Shown: positions 27,442 to 37,621 of the stretch, in pieces | Numbering within the stretch: position 1 is the first letter of the stretch | How the letters are laid out: each line of letters begins with the position of its first letter | Assembly: GCA_040386535.1 (NCBI GenBank) | Contig: JAZKFH010000008.1 | Span: 144,011 to 208,010 of the forward strand | Length of the DNA stretch: 64,000 nucleotides | Origin: Myxococcota bacterium | GTDB lineage: Bacteria > Myxococcota_A > UBA796 > SXON01 | Direction of reading: 5' to 3' | Notes under the pieces: model-generated | What the model saw: only the letters and a program-made list of their open reading frames with translations | What the model was told of the DNA's origin: nothing | Databases searched by the model: none | Program-made: the position numbers and the translations under genes

Positions 27442-28209
27442 ATGCCACCGGTCTCCGTCGAGTACACCTCCCCTGAAGGCAACCGCTCCGTCGCCCTGCT
27501 CCGGCTGGACGACGGCAAGGCCAACGCCTTCAATCCCGCCTCCCTCGACGCGATCCTCGGGGCGCTCGACGAGATCGAGCGCAGCGACGCGTGCGCCCTC
27601 GTCGTCGCGGGCCGCGCGGGGTTCTTCTCCGGGGGCCTCGATCTGAAGGCGCTCCCGCTCCTCGCCACCGCCGAGAAGCGCGACGTGCTCGCCCGCTTCG
27701 GCGAGGTGCTGCTCCGCGTGTTCATGTTCCGCGCGCCCACCGTCGCCGCGGTCACCGGGCACGCCATCGCCGGCGGGGCCCTGCTCGCCCTCGCGACCGA
27801 CGTGCGCTGTGGCGCCGACCTTCCCGCGCGCTTCGGCGTCACCGAGATCGCCATCGGCCTCCCGATTCCGAGCTTCGGCGTGCTGCTCGCCAAGGCGGCG
27901 CTGGCGCCCCCCGCGCTGGTCGAGATCGCGCTCCACGCGCGGGTGCTCACCCTCCGGGAGGCCCACGCCCGCGGCGTGTTCTTCGGGCTCTACCCCGAGG
28001 AGGCCGTGGTCGACGCCGCCGTGGCCTACGCCGGCGAGCTCGCGCGGCTGCACGGCCCCGCCTACGCCACCACCAAGCACCTGCTCTGGGACGCCGAGCT
28101 CGCCCGCATCCGCGACGGCCTCGACGACGAGGTAGTGCGCTTCATCGAGCTGTTCGAGTCCCGGTTCCCCGGCGACCCGCGCCCGAGCGAGCCGCGCCCG
28201 GCCGCATGA
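27442..28209 (+). CDS. Enoyl-CoA hydratase/isomerase family protein
   Basis: DDGKANA, FSGGLDL, GHAIAGG, FGVTEIAIGL. Confidence 0.9.
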   Translation: MPPVSVEYTSPEGNRSVALLRLDDGKANAFNPASLDAILGALDEIERSDACALVVAGRAGFFSGGLDLKALPLLATAEKRDVLARFGEVLLRVFMFRAPTVAAVTGHAIAGGALLALATDVRCGADLPARFGVTEIAIGLPIPSFGVLLAKAALAPPALVEIALHARVLTLREAHARGVFFGLYPEEAVVDAAVAYAGELARLHGPAYATTKHLLWDAELARIRDGLDDEVVRFIELFESRFPGDPRPSEPRPAA

Positions 28210-30359
28210 TCGACGGGTTCGCGCACGAGCCCTCGGGCCGGCGCCGCCTGCTCCAGCTCCTCACGTGGACGTGGTGCCTCCCCACCACGCTGGTCGCGCT
28301 CGTGGCCGGCTGGTTCACCGTGCTCGTGCTGGGGGGCCGGGCCGCGCCCTACCGCGGCGCGACCGTGGTGCGTTCGCCGCGCTTCCGGAACCTCGGCGGC
28401 GTCTGCCTCGGCCCGGTGATCCTGGTGGCCGACAGCGCCGGCCCCGAGCTGGTGGCGCACGAGTGGGGCCACTTCCGCCAACACCTGCGCCTCGGGCCGC
28501 TGTACCTGCTCGTGATCGGCATCCCGAGCGTCACCCACGCGCTCTGGCACCAGCTCCGCGGCGGCACGTTCCCCGACTACTTCCACTTCTGGACCGAGGC
28601 GTGGGCCGACCACCTCGGCGGCGTGTACGACCGGCACGCCCATCGGCACGCGCGCTGGACCGGGTACGCCTTCGGCCCGCTCGTCACCGTGCTCGTCGGA
28701 GTGATCACCCTCCGCGCGTTCGGTCACGCGCTGGCCTTCCCGTTCACGGACGCCGACGCCCTGGTCGATGTCGCGTGGGCCCGGTTCCCCCTCCGCGATC
28801 AGCTCCTCGTGCCGCTCACCGGCGGCCTCGGCGGCGACAACGCCAACTTCTGGCGCCCGGCGGCGATGGTCCAGTTCTGGGCGCTCCGGCACGTGTTCGG
28901 CGAGGCCCCGCCGGGCTGGCATGCCTGGAGCCTGTTCCTGCACGTCGTCACCGCCGTGATGGCAGGCCTCCTGCTCGAAGCGCTGCTGGGCGCGCTGCGC
29001 CGGGGTGTCCCCACGAGCCGCGACCGGTGGATCGCGGGGCTCGGCGCCGTGCTGTTCGCGGCGCATCCGCTCGCGGAGGAGGTCGTGCCCGCGACCGCGC
29101 GCAACCTCGACCTGCTGCTGGGGGTGGGCTTCTTCGGGGCGCTCCTGGCGCTCGTGCGTGGCGTCGTGTCGCGCCGGGAGGGCCGCCGCGACACGGTCGC
29201 CCGCGTGCTCTTCTTCGTGTTCGGGGCGCTCGCCCTCACGTCGAAGGAGGCCGGCATCCTGCTCCTCCCGATCGGCGCGGCGTGGATCGTCCTGCTCGAC
29301 GCGCCCCGGACCCGGCTCGCGCACCTCCGCACCCTCACGCGCTTCCTCGGGCCGTTGGCGGTCGCGGCCGTGGCCTTCCTCGTCGTCCGTGCGCATGTGC
29401 TCGACGGGCTCGGCGGCTACCGGGAGAGCGGTGCGTTCGGGGATGTGGGCCTGCTCGCCTACGCGATGCAGCGGGGCTTCCTGGAGCCGCTGGTCTCGTC
29501 GCTCTCCGGTCTGCTCGCGCCGCTCGAGGGGGTGCCTGGCGGGGTCCTCGCGTTCGTGGTGTGGGCGGTCCTGCTGTGGTGCCTGCGTCGGAATGCGCGT
29601 CTGCTCGCGCTCCTCGCCGTCTTCTACGTGCCGTGGATCCTGCTGCTCGGGTTCACCGGCACGTACAGCCGCCGGGTGGTCTACGTGCCGACGTTCGCCA
29701 TCGCCGCGGTGCTCGGTTTGGCGGTGGTCGAGGTAGTTTCTTGGGTTTCTTGGGGCGGGGCGCGGGCCCGCCGGGGCCCCCTGGACCCCCGAGCGCACGT
29801 CGCGTCGTCCGCCCTCCTCTCCGTCGTCACCATCGCGCTGCTCGGCGCCTGGCTCCACGGCTCGCCCGCCCTTCGCCGCTACGCCGACTGGGGCGCCGTC
29901 GGCCGGGTGACCACGCCGCTCCTCGACCCGGCGTTGTGGGCGCCGGTCCCCGACGGCGCGACTGTGTGGCTCGTGGACCGCCCCGTGCGTGTGGACGTCG
30001 ATCCGCGGCGCTACCGCCTGTGGTCCAAGCGCAAGAGCCTCAACAACAGCGCCACCACCTACGCGATCGAGGCGTGGGTCGACGAGCACGTGCCGCGCGG
30101 GCTCACGCTTCGCACGTTGACGTCCATCCTCCCCGAGGGGCTCCCGGAGGCCTTCCCCGCGACCGTGGCGGCGGCGCCCGATCGGATCGAGGTGACCCGT
30201 CCGCCGGTCGGCCGCTCGGTCATGCCCGCGGGGGGGCTGCGGGTCGACGAGTCCCCCAACGGTGTCGTCATCACGACCACCGCTGCGGAACCCGCCTGGG
30301 TGATGGTGTGGGATCCACAAGCGCCCGTGCTCACGGCTCTCCAGGGGGCAGGGGAGTGA
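28206..30359 (+). CDS. Polytopic GT-C-like membrane protein with N-terminal HExxH domain
   Basis: N-term AHEWGHFRQ..TEAWAD; then TDAD, NFWRP, WHAWSLFLH, LFAAHPLAEEVV, LALTSKEAG, RVVYVP motifs of PMT/TMTC-like glycosyltransferases. Confidence 0.7.
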   Translation: MIDGFAHEPSGRRRLLQLLTWTWCLPTTLVALVAGWFTVLVLGGRAAPYRGATVVRSPRFRNLGGVCLGPVILVADSAGPELVAHEWGHFRQHLRLGPLYLLVIGIPSVTHALWHQLRGGTFPDYFHFWTEAWADHLGGVYDRHAHRHARWTGYAFGPLVTVLVGVITLRAFGHALAFPFTDADALVDVAWARFPLRDQLLVPLTGGLGGDNANFWRPAAMVQFWALRHVFGEAPPGWHAWSLFLHVVTAVMAGLLLEALLGALRRGVPTSRDRWIAGLGAVLFAAHPLAEEVVPATARNLDLLLGVGFFGALLALVRGVVSRREGRRDTVARVLFFVFGALALTSKEAGILLLPIGAAWIVLLDAPRTRLAHLRTLTRFLGPLAVAAVAFLVVRAHVLDGLGGYRESGAFGDVGLLAYAMQRGFLEPLVSSLSGLLAPLEGVPGGVLAFVVWAVLLWCLRRNARLLALLAVFYVPWILLLGFTGTYSRRVVYVPTFAIAAVLGLAVVEVVSWVSWGGARARRGPLDPRAHVASSALLSVVTIALLGAWLHGSPALRRYADWGAVGRVTTPLLDPALWAPVPDGATVWLVDRPVRVDVDPRRYRLWSKRKSLNNSATTYAIEAWVDEHVPRGLTLRTLTSILPEGLPEAFPATVAAAPDRIEVTRPPVGRSVMPAGGLRVDESPNGVVITTTAAEPAWVMVWDPQAPVLTALQGAGE

Positions 30360-30429
30360 TCGGAGGCCCGTCGCGCCTGCGGTCCCGCCCGAGCTTGCCG
30401 ATCCCGCGCTCGGTACGCTATTGATCGTC

Positions 30430-31170
30430 ATGTCTTCGGTATCCGCGTTGTTCGGAGCAGCGACGCGGCGCGCCGCGGTGGCTGCCTTCAGCGGACGCGG
30501 GGCGCTCGCGCCCTCGGTGCCGGTCGACACCGGCGCGGACGGCCTCCCGGCGGACACCACGCTGTTCATCGGTGGCGAGGACGCCTCGCTCGCGGACGAC
30601 CCGCTGGTCCTCGCGTGGTTCGGGCGCATGGTCGGCGCGATCGTCGGCAAGGCCCCGCTCGATCTGTCCACGCCCGGCCGGCTCGGGGACACGGCGGCGT
30701 GGCCGGTCCTCGCGGAGGGCGGCGGGTTGTTCGACGCGGAGGCGCTCGCGGGCGCGATCCCGCACGGCACCTCCTGGCTCGTCGCGACGCGCCCCGACCG
30801 CTTCTTCGTGCAGGCCGCCGCCCGGCTCGACGCCCGGGGCGACGCGCGGGGCGCCGACTGGGCCGCGCGCCTCCGGAGCCCCACCGGCAACCTCGCCCTG
30901 CTCGGCCGCATCGTGCGCACCTTCGCGATCGCGCTGCAGGTGAGCAACGGCGGCCCCAGCGCGCTGCGCCTGCGCGTGAGCTGCCCCGATCCCAACGCGG
31001 CCCGTCAGGCGGTCCTGGCGCTTCACGCCTGGCGCGTGCGCCGGGGCATGGGAGAGAGCGCGGACGCCTTGCTGTTCCGCGCGTCGGATCTCGTCCGCGA
31101 GGGCCATCGCGTGGAGCTCGTGCTGCCTGGAGAGCTCGACGCGTTGACGCGGCTGTTCGGCACGCGCTGA
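30430..31170 (+). CDS. Hypothetical protein
   Basis: ~246 aa ORF with GC3 bias; no motif recognised. Confidence 0.6.
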   Translation: MSSVSALFGAATRRAAVAAFSGRGALAPSVPVDTGADGLPADTTLFIGGEDASLADDPLVLAWFGRMVGAIVGKAPLDLSTPGRLGDTAAWPVLAEGGGLFDAEALAGAIPHGTSWLVATRPDRFFVQAAARLDARGDARGADWAARLRSPTGNLALLGRIVRTFAIALQVSNGGPSALRLRVSCPDPNAARQAVLALHAWRVRRGMGESADALLFRASDLVREGHRVELVLPGELDALTRLFGTR

Positions 31171-31209
31171 CGGGATGCGCTGACGCGCTGAGACCCCGGA
31201 CGACCCGGT

Positions 31210-32190
31210 TTAGAGCGCGGCGCCCGTGAGCGCCGCGCGGATGGCCGCGTGGACCTCCTTCGTGCCGGCGGTGCCGCCCATGTCGAGCGTGTGGACACCG
31301 GCCTGGAGCGCGCTCACGCAGGCGTTGCGCAGGCGCGTGGAGGCATCGACCTCACCGAGATGGCGGAGCAGGTCGACCGCCATGCCGGTCATCGGGTAGG
31401 GGTTCGCGCCGTCGGGGCCGACCACCTCGACGCTGGTGCCATGGGGGTTCTCGAACACCACGGCGCCGTCGGCGTAGCAGGTGCCGCACGCCACGGTCAC
31501 GCCGCCCGCCATGCCAGCGGCCACGTCGCTCACGATGTCGCCGAACAGGTTGCCGCACAACAACACGTCAAAGTCGCTCGGGCGGCGCACGATGCGCATG
31601 CACAACGCGTCGACGATGATGTCGTCGTGCGCGATCGAGGGGTAGCGCGCCGCGACCTCCTTGCTGACCGCGAGGAACATCCCGTCGGCCTTCTTGAGGA
31701 TGTTGGCCTTGTGCACCGTCGTGACGCGCTTGCGCCCGTAGCGCACGGCGTACTCGAAGGCGAAGGTGGAGATGCGCTCGCACGCGGCGCGGGTGGTCAC
31801 CTTCACGGACTCGAACACGCCCTCGGTGCTCTCGTGCTCGAACCCCGAGTAGATGTCCTCGCTGGCCTCGCGCACGATCACGACGTCCGTGCCGGGGGCC
31901 TTCGCGGGCAGGCCCGGCAGGTGCGTCACGTGGCGGACGATCGCGTGCACGCCCAGCTTTTTGCGGAACTGGAGCGTGAGCGGCATCTTCCCGCCCGCCG
32001 CGACGGACACGATCTTGCCCTTGAGCCCGACGCCGGTGCGGCGCACGGAGGCGACCATGGCGTCCAGATCGGTGTCGGTGAGCACGTCCCACGTGATGTC
32101 GACGCCGGTGGCCGCGACGAGATCGCGCATCACGTCGGCCACCTGGCTGCCACACCCGTCGCCGGGGATGAGGGTCACTGCGTAGGACAT
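31210..32190 (-). CDS. Isocitrate/isopropylmalate dehydrogenase family, divergent (candidate regulatory/structural subunit)
   Basis: IPGDGCG, VREASEDIY, HKANILK, GNLFGDIVSD; atypical HGTSVEVVG. Confidence 0.85.
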   Translation of the reverse strand: MSYAVTLIPGDGCGSQVADVMRDLVAATGVDITWDVLTDTDLDAMVASVRRTGVGLKGKIVSVAAGGKMPLTLQFRKKLGVHAIVRHVTHLPGLPAKAPGTDVVIVREASEDIYSGFEHESTEGVFESVKVTTRAACERISTFAFEYAVRYGRKRVTTVHKANILKKADGMFLAVSKEVAARYPSIAHDDIIVDALCMRIVRRPSDFDVLLCGNLFGDIVSDVAAGMAGGVTVACGTCYADGAVVFENPHGTSVEVVGPDGANPYPMTGMAVDLLRHLGEVDASTRLRNACVSALQAGVHTLDMGGTAGTKEVHAAIRAALTGAAL

Positions 32191-32226
32191 GGGTACCTCG
32201 GCCTGGGAGCGTGCTTCGGAGGGGCT

Positions 32227-33225
32227 TTAGAGGGCGTCGATGACGGCGTCGGTGAACTCGGCGGTGCCGGCCTTGCCGCCGAGATCGCCGGTGATGTGTT
32301 TGCCCGCGGCGAGCACGTCCCACACGGCGCGCTCGATCCGCCCGGCGATCTTCCACTCGCCCACGTGCTCGAGGAGCATGAGCCCGGAGAGCAGCACGGC
32401 CAGCGGGTTCGCGAGGCCCTTGCCCGCGATGTCCGGCGCGGTTCCGTGCACGGCCTCGAACACCGCCGCCTTGCTCCCGATGTTGGCGCCCGGCACGACC
32501 CCGAGGCCGCCGGCGAGGCCGGCGCAGAGATCGGAGAGGATGTCCCCGTAGAGGTTCTGGAGCAGGAGCACGTCGAACCGCGACGGATCCATCGGCAGGA
32601 GCAACGAGAGCGTGTCCACCCCGATGTCGAGCTGCTCGAGGAAGGGGTATTCGCCGCCGACCTTGCGGAACGCGTTGAGGAACGCGCCGTCCGCCAGCGG
32701 GTTGATCGGCGCCTTGTGGCAGCAGTGGATCGTGCGGCGCCCGCGGTAGCGCATGTGCTCGAACGCCCAGCGCGAGATGCGCTCGCCGGCCCGCACGGTC
32801 GAGGTCTTCAGCGACACCACCGTGCCCGGGGTGACCTCGTGCTCGATGCCGGCGTACAGGTCCTCGGTGTTCTCGCGGAACAGCACGAGATCGAGGCCGG
32901 GCCACGCGCCGGGGACGTTCGGGAGCGTCTTGACCGGGCGCAGGCCGACGTAGAGATCGAGCGCCTGCCGCAGCGTCACGTTCGCCGAGCGGAACCCGCC
33001 GCCCTTCGGCGTCATCAGCGGGCCCTTCAGCCCGAGGCGGTTCTTCCGGATGCTGTCGAGGGTGACCTCGGGCATCGGCACACCGTACTTCTCCATCGCC
33101 TCGCCCCCGGCGGGGGCGCGCTCCCACTCGATGGGGGCGCCGGCGGCGGCGAGGATGCGGCAGGTGGCGCCGGTCACCTCGGGGCCGATCCCATCGCCCT
33201 CGAGCAACGTCACGCGGTACTTCAT
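32227..33225 (-). CDS. NAD-dependent isocitrate dehydrogenase-like protein (candidate catalytic subunit)
   Basis: EGDGIGPEV, SANVTLR, FRENTEDLY, NLYGDILSD, EAVHGTAPDIAG. Confidence 0.88.
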   Translation of the reverse strand: MKYRVTLLEGDGIGPEVTGATCRILAAAGAPIEWERAPAGGEAMEKYGVPMPEVTLDSIRKNRLGLKGPLMTPKGGGFRSANVTLRQALDLYVGLRPVKTLPNVPGAWPGLDLVLFRENTEDLYAGIEHEVTPGTVVSLKTSTVRAGERISRWAFEHMRYRGRRTIHCCHKAPINPLADGAFLNAFRKVGGEYPFLEQLDIGVDTLSLLLPMDPSRFDVLLLQNLYGDILSDLCAGLAGGLGVVPGANIGSKAAVFEAVHGTAPDIAGKGLANPLAVLLSGLMLLEHVGEWKIAGRIERAVWDVLAAGKHITGDLGGKAGTAEFTDAVIDAL

Positions 33226-33303
33226 GGAGCCTCGCAAGGCCGGCCGCCGTAACGCGTTCCCGGACGACGGGAAGCGGTCGACGTTACCCGAGCCGCCGAA
33301 CGT

Positions 33304-34206
33304 CTACCCGAGGCTCCGCGCCTGGAGGCCGCGCCGCATCGAGGGCACCGGGGGCGGCCCGGCGAGATCGAGCGCACGGAGCCGCTCCACGCGGTCCTCG
33401 GTGTGCGGGTGCGTGCGGAAGAGCGTGGAGATCCCGCGCCCCACGAGCGGGCTCACGATGAACATGTGCGCGGTCGAGGGCTCCGCCTGCGTCGGCATGC
33501 GCGCGTTGCCCTGCTCGAGCCGCAGGAGCGCGTCGGCGAGCGGCCGGCCTTCGCCCACGAGCTTCGCGCCGTAGGCGTCCGCCGCGTACTCACGCGAGCG
33601 GCTGATCGCGAGCTGGATGAGCATCGCGGCGAAGGGCGCCACGATCAGTGTCACGAGCAGCCCGATCGGGTTCTGCCCCTCCTCGTCGTCGGAGCGGCCG
33701 CCGCCGAAGATGAGGCCCCACTGCGCGATGTTGGCGAGCATCGAGATCGCGCCCGCCATGGTCGCCGCGATCGTGGAGATGAGGATGTCGCCGTTCTTGA
33801 TGTGGCCGAGCTCGTGGGCGAGCACGCCGCGCAGCTGCTCGGGCGTGAGGATATGGAGGATGCCCGACGTGACGGCTACCGCGGCGTGGTTCGCGTTCCG
33901 GCCGGTCGCGAACGCGTTCGGGCCGGCCTGGGGGAGCAGGTAGACCTTCGGCATGGGCAGGTCGGCGCGCTTCGCGAGATCCTCCACCATCGCCCAGATC
34001 TCGGGCGCGTCCTGCGGGCCGATCTCGTGCGCGCCGTACATGCGGAGCAGCACCTTGTCGGAGAACCAGTACGCGCCGAAGTTCATCACGACGGCGAACC
34101 CGAACGCGAGCACCATTCCCTGGGTGCCGCCGAGGAGCCGGCCGGCCACGACGAGCACGCCCGTCAGCAGGCCGAGGAGGAGGGTGGTCTTGAGGTGATT
34201 GAGCAT
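33304..34206 (-). CDS. htpX: Zinc metalloprotease HtpX
   Basis: YWFSDK, PNAFATGRN, GVLAHELGH, SRSREYAAD, THP. Confidence 0.95.
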   Translation of the reverse strand: MLNHLKTTLLLGLLTGVLVVAGRLLGGTQGMVLAFGFAVVMNFGAYWFSDKVLLRMYGAHEIGPQDAPEIWAMVEDLAKRADLPMPKVYLLPQAGPNAFATGRNANHAAVAVTSGILHILTPEQLRGVLAHELGHIKNGDILISTIAATMAGAISMLANIAQWGLIFGGGRSDDEEGQNPIGLLVTLIVAPFAAMLIQLAISRSREYAADAYGAKLVGEGRPLADALLRLEQGNARMPTQAEPSTAHMFIVSPLVGRGISTLFRTHPHTEDRVERLRALDLAGPPPVPSMRRGLQARSLG

Positions 34207-34309
34207 GCCTCTACGTTTAGGCACGCGCTCGCGACCCGAAAATACTCCGGACGGGACCCGTGACGAAAGGCGACGACGGGTCGGGGAAGGGGGGGCCGTG
34301 GGGGCACCC

Positions 34310-35440
34310 TTAGAACCAGGCCGCTCCCAAGGTCGAGGCCTCGTCCACCAGGAACGTGTTGCCCGTCTGGCGGCCGAGGATCCGCATGGCGCGTGCTCGC
34401 CAGGGCCCGTCCGGGGCGAGCTCGGACATCGCCAGCTCGAGATCGGCGCGCCCGCCGAGCTCGGCGATGAGCACGCGCACCCGGCCGCGGGCGAGCGGCG
34501 CCTCGCCGAGGCGGTCGAGGGCGTGGAACAGATCGTCCGGGTCCCGCTTCGCCACGGCGCGGCAGGCGCGCAGGTCGGCTTCGAGCAGCGGCATCCCCCG
34601 CTCGATCGCGTAGGTGATGGCGCGGTCGATACCCGGCGCCACCACGGTCTCCCCGGCGACAGCGCGGGCCCGCGCGGCCCAGGCCTCGGCGCGGAACACG
34701 CCGGCCCGGCGCCCGGCGCGTGTCCAGCAGGCCAGGGCGCGGTCGAAGCGCTGGATGGCGCGCTCGCAGAAGGGGCCGGCCGTGCCGGCGCCGTCCTCGA
34801 ACCAGGCGGCGCGGAGCAGGTCGATCTCGCCGAGCTCGGACCACGCGGCACCCGCCGGCCCCACGGCCTGCGGGTGCGGCTCCAGCTCGGCCGCGAGCGC
34901 CAGCCACGCGGTCTCGGCCGCGCTGACCAGCCCGTCCAGGCGGTCGACCTGGGCCGCACGGAAGCGGCGCGACAGCTCGCTGCCCGGGAGGGCCACCGCC
35001 GCAAGGCGATCGAGGTGCGCGCGCGCGGTGTCGACCTCGCCGCGCGTCAGGCACAGGCCCACGAGGGTGTCGAGCGCCAGGGTGGTCCCGACGGGATCGC
35101 CGTCGGGCGCGGCGGACGCCTTCACGAGCGCGGCGGCGGCGATGTCGTGCGCGGCGTCCACCTGCCCGGCGTCGAGCAGGACCGCGGCGAGCTGCGCGCT
35201 GTCGGACGTCTCGTCCCGGCCGCCCTCGCGGGCGAGCACGAGCATCTTCGCGGCGGCGGCGGGGCGGTCGTCGCGGCGGAACGCGTCGGCGGCGAGCGCG
35301 GCGGCGTCCCGCTGCTCGCGACGGTCCATCACCCGGCGTGCACGTTCGGCGAGCGCCGCGTACCGCGGACCGGCCTCGTCCCAACGCCCCGAACGGGCCA
35401 GCTCTTCGGCCTCGCGCCACTCGCGCTTCGACATCCACAC
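34310..35440 (-). CDS. TPR-like alpha-helical repeat protein
   Basis: 376 aa Ala/Leu-rich helical repeats. Confidence 0.65.
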   Translation of the reverse strand: MWMSKREWREAEELARSGRWDEAGPRYAALAERARRVMDRREQRDAAALAADAFRRDDRPAAAAKMLVLAREGGRDETSDSAQLAAVLLDAGQVDAAHDIAAAALVKASAAPDGDPVGTTLALDTLVGLCLTRGEVDTARAHLDRLAAVALPGSELSRRFRAAQVDRLDGLVSAAETAWLALAAELEPHPQAVGPAGAAWSELGEIDLLRAAWFEDGAGTAGPFCERAIQRFDRALACWTRAGRRAGVFRAEAWAARARAVAGETVVAPGIDRAITYAIERGMPLLEADLRACRAVAKRDPDDLFHALDRLGEAPLARGRVRVLIAELGGRADLELAMSELAPDGPWRARAMRILGRQTGNTFLVDEASTLGAAWF

Positions 35441-35464
35441 CTCGCCCCGTCGCCTATCTTGCTA

Positions 35465-36481
35465 ATGCGGGTGGCGATGTCCCCCCGCCGCCTGCTCTTC
35501 ACCATCGGCCCCGCCCTCGCCCTGCTCGGGGTCGGCCTCGGCCTCGGGGAGTGGAGCCAGCGCCAGGCGGAGGCGAAGGACGGCCTGTCGATCCCCTGGG
35601 ACGAGCCGGCGCTCAAGTACGAGTTCGCGCCGGGCGGCAACCAGAACAGCCACGGCTTCAACGAGCGCGAGCTCCCCCTGGAGAAGCCTGCGGGCACGCT
35701 CCGCATCGCCGCCCTCGGCGACTCGGTGACCCACGGCGCCTTCGTCCCCAACACGCAGTCGTGGCCGCGCCAGCTCGAGAACGCCCTGAACGCGCAGGGG
35801 ATGACCGTCCAGGCGCTCAACTTCGGCGTGTACGGGTACGACACCGAGAGCGTGGCTGCCCAGCTCCGCGCCCGCGTGCTCGCGTGGAAGCCCGATCTCG
35901 TGGTCTACGGGTTCTACGTCAACGATCCCATGCCGACAGAGCTCGTCACGACCGACGGGCGGCCCGTCTGGGTCGGCACCGGCCCGCGCGACTTCCGCGT
36001 GTTCGGCCCCGCGCTCGACAGCTCGCTCCACGGCGTGAGCGCGTTGTTCCGGCGCTTCGAAGGCGCCGCCGCCGCCCGCGCGATCGAGGCGCGGGACGAC
36101 CGCCAGCCGCTCGACTGGGAGCGCTTCGGCGCCTGGCTCGACACGCTGAAGGCCACGGCCGCTGGCGCGGGCGTCCCGCTCGTCGTCGTGCTCATCCCGC
36201 CGCACGTGCTCGCCCAGCCCGATCTCGCCGCATGCAACGCCGCCGCCCGGATGGGCCCCCACTTCTGCGAAGAGAACGTCGAGGTCCTGGCGCGCGCGGC
36301 CGCGATGACGGACGCGCGCGGCCTCTCCACGGTCGACGGCCTCGCCGCCTACCGTGCCGGCGGGAACGTCGATCTGTTCGGCCTCCCCGACGATCCGCAC
36401 CACCCCAGCGCGGAGGGGCACCGTCGCCTCGCCGCGGCGCTCGCCCCCGTCGTCTCCCCGATGCTCGCGGGGCAGCGATGA
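35465..36481 (+). CDS. SGNH/GDSL hydrolase, membrane-anchored
   Basis: ALGDSVT, NFGVYGY, YVND, DDPHHPSAEGH. Confidence 0.88.
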   Translation: MRVAMSPRRLLFTIGPALALLGVGLGLGEWSQRQAEAKDGLSIPWDEPALKYEFAPGGNQNSHGFNERELPLEKPAGTLRIAALGDSVTHGAFVPNTQSWPRQLENALNAQGMTVQALNFGVYGYDTESVAAQLRARVLAWKPDLVVYGFYVNDPMPTELVTTDGRPVWVGTGPRDFRVFGPALDSSLHGVSALFRRFEGAAAARAIEARDDRQPLDWERFGAWLDTLKATAAGAGVPLVVVLIPPHVLAQPDLAACNAAARMGPHFCEENVEVLARAAAMTDARGLSTVDGLAAYRAGGNVDLFGLPDDPHHPSAEGHRRLAAALAPVVSPMLAGQR

Positions 36482-37038
36482 TCCGCATCGTCTCCGCCGT
36501 GGACGACGAGCGCAACGGCCTCGACGGGGTCTCGCTCGGCGTCGGCATGCTCCCCGCGGGCATCACCACCGCGCGCCTCCTCGCGACCGAGCACCCCGAC
36601 GCGGTCGTGTTCGTCGGCACCGCGGGCGCCTACGCGGGCGGCCCCGCGATCGGCTCCGTCGTCACCGCGCGTTCGGTCGGCCTCGTCTCCGGCAGCGCGA
36701 CGCTCGGCCTCGGCTACGTGCCGCTCGCCCCGGCGCCGCTCCTCTCCGACGCGGCGCTCCTGCGCGCCCTCGATCTCCCCCTGGTCGACGTCGCCTGCCT
36801 CGTCGCCATCACCACCGATCCCGCGCTCGCCGCGCGCATCGGCATCTCGTGGCAGGTCGAGCACATGGAGGCCTACGGCGTGGCCGCGGCATGCGCCGCC
36901 GCGGGCGTCGCGTTTGCCGCCGTGTTCGGGATCACCAACGTCGTCGGGCCCTCGGCGCACGCGGAGTGGCGTGCCAACCGGGAAGCCTGCCAGGGGGCGG
37001 CGGCCGCGGCGGTGGCGCGGCTCGTCGCCGGGCGATAG
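36478..37038 (+). CDS. Nucleoside phosphorylase/MTAN family (futalosine hydrolase MqnB-like)
   Basis: FVGTAGAY, VEHMEAYGVA, GITNVVG. Confidence 0.75.
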   Translation: MIRIVSAVDDERNGLDGVSLGVGMLPAGITTARLLATEHPDAVVFVGTAGAYAGGPAIGSVVTARSVGLVSGSATLGLGYVPLAPAPLLSDAALLRALDLPLVDVACLVAITTDPALAARIGISWQVEHMEAYGVAAACAAAGVAFAAVFGITNVVGPSAHAEWRANREACQGAAAAAVARLVAGR

Positions 37039-37058
37039 TCGCGCGCTCCGCTTTGGAG

Positions 37059-37598
37059 ATGCCCGTGGCAGAGAACGCCGTGATCCCGCGCCCGCACGTC
37101 CACCAGTTGTCCGAAGCGTGCGCCACGCTCGGGGCCAGCTTCCAGCCCGTCGCGAAGCGGCTGCTCGAAGATCAGTCGCGCCTGCTGCGCTTCTTCAAGG
37201 GCAACCTCCCGCAGATGGACGGACAGGCGGGGGAGGTGTCCCTCTACCTGCTCGCCGTCATCGTGCGGATCTTCGACCAGTGCGGCGGCAAGCTCGGCCG
37301 CGTCGGCCCGAAAGAGATCGACCTCGCCACGAAGAAGATCGCGGGCGCCACGCGTGACCTGCTCCCGTGGGACACCGGCTTCGCCGACCGCGTTCGCGGC
37401 GTGTCCGGCCGCGCCCAGCCCCACATCCTGGACGAGGCGCTCAACGCGCTGTTCGAGCGCGAAGAGAAGAAGGAGAGCGAGGTCGACCTCGACTTCGAAC
37501 AGGCCGGCCGCGTCTTCCTGATGTTGTGGGCCGCCACCGAGGCGCTGGACGCCGCCTGGCGCGCGCCGGCATCGCCGGATTGGGCCCAGGCCGAATAG
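37059..37598 (+). CDS. Hypothetical protein
   Basis: GGAG SD + ATG; 179 aa; strong codon bias. Confidence 0.7.
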   Translation: MPVAENAVIPRPHVHQLSEACATLGASFQPVAKRLLEDQSRLLRFFKGNLPQMDGQAGEVSLYLLAVIVRIFDQCGGKLGRVGPKEIDLATKKIAGATRDLLPWDTGFADRVRGVSGRAQPHILDEALNALFEREEKKESEVDLDFEQAGRVFLMLWAATEALDAAWRAPASPDWAQAE

Positions 37599-37621
37599 GC
37601 TTCGGCGGAGCGGAGGCCGAC

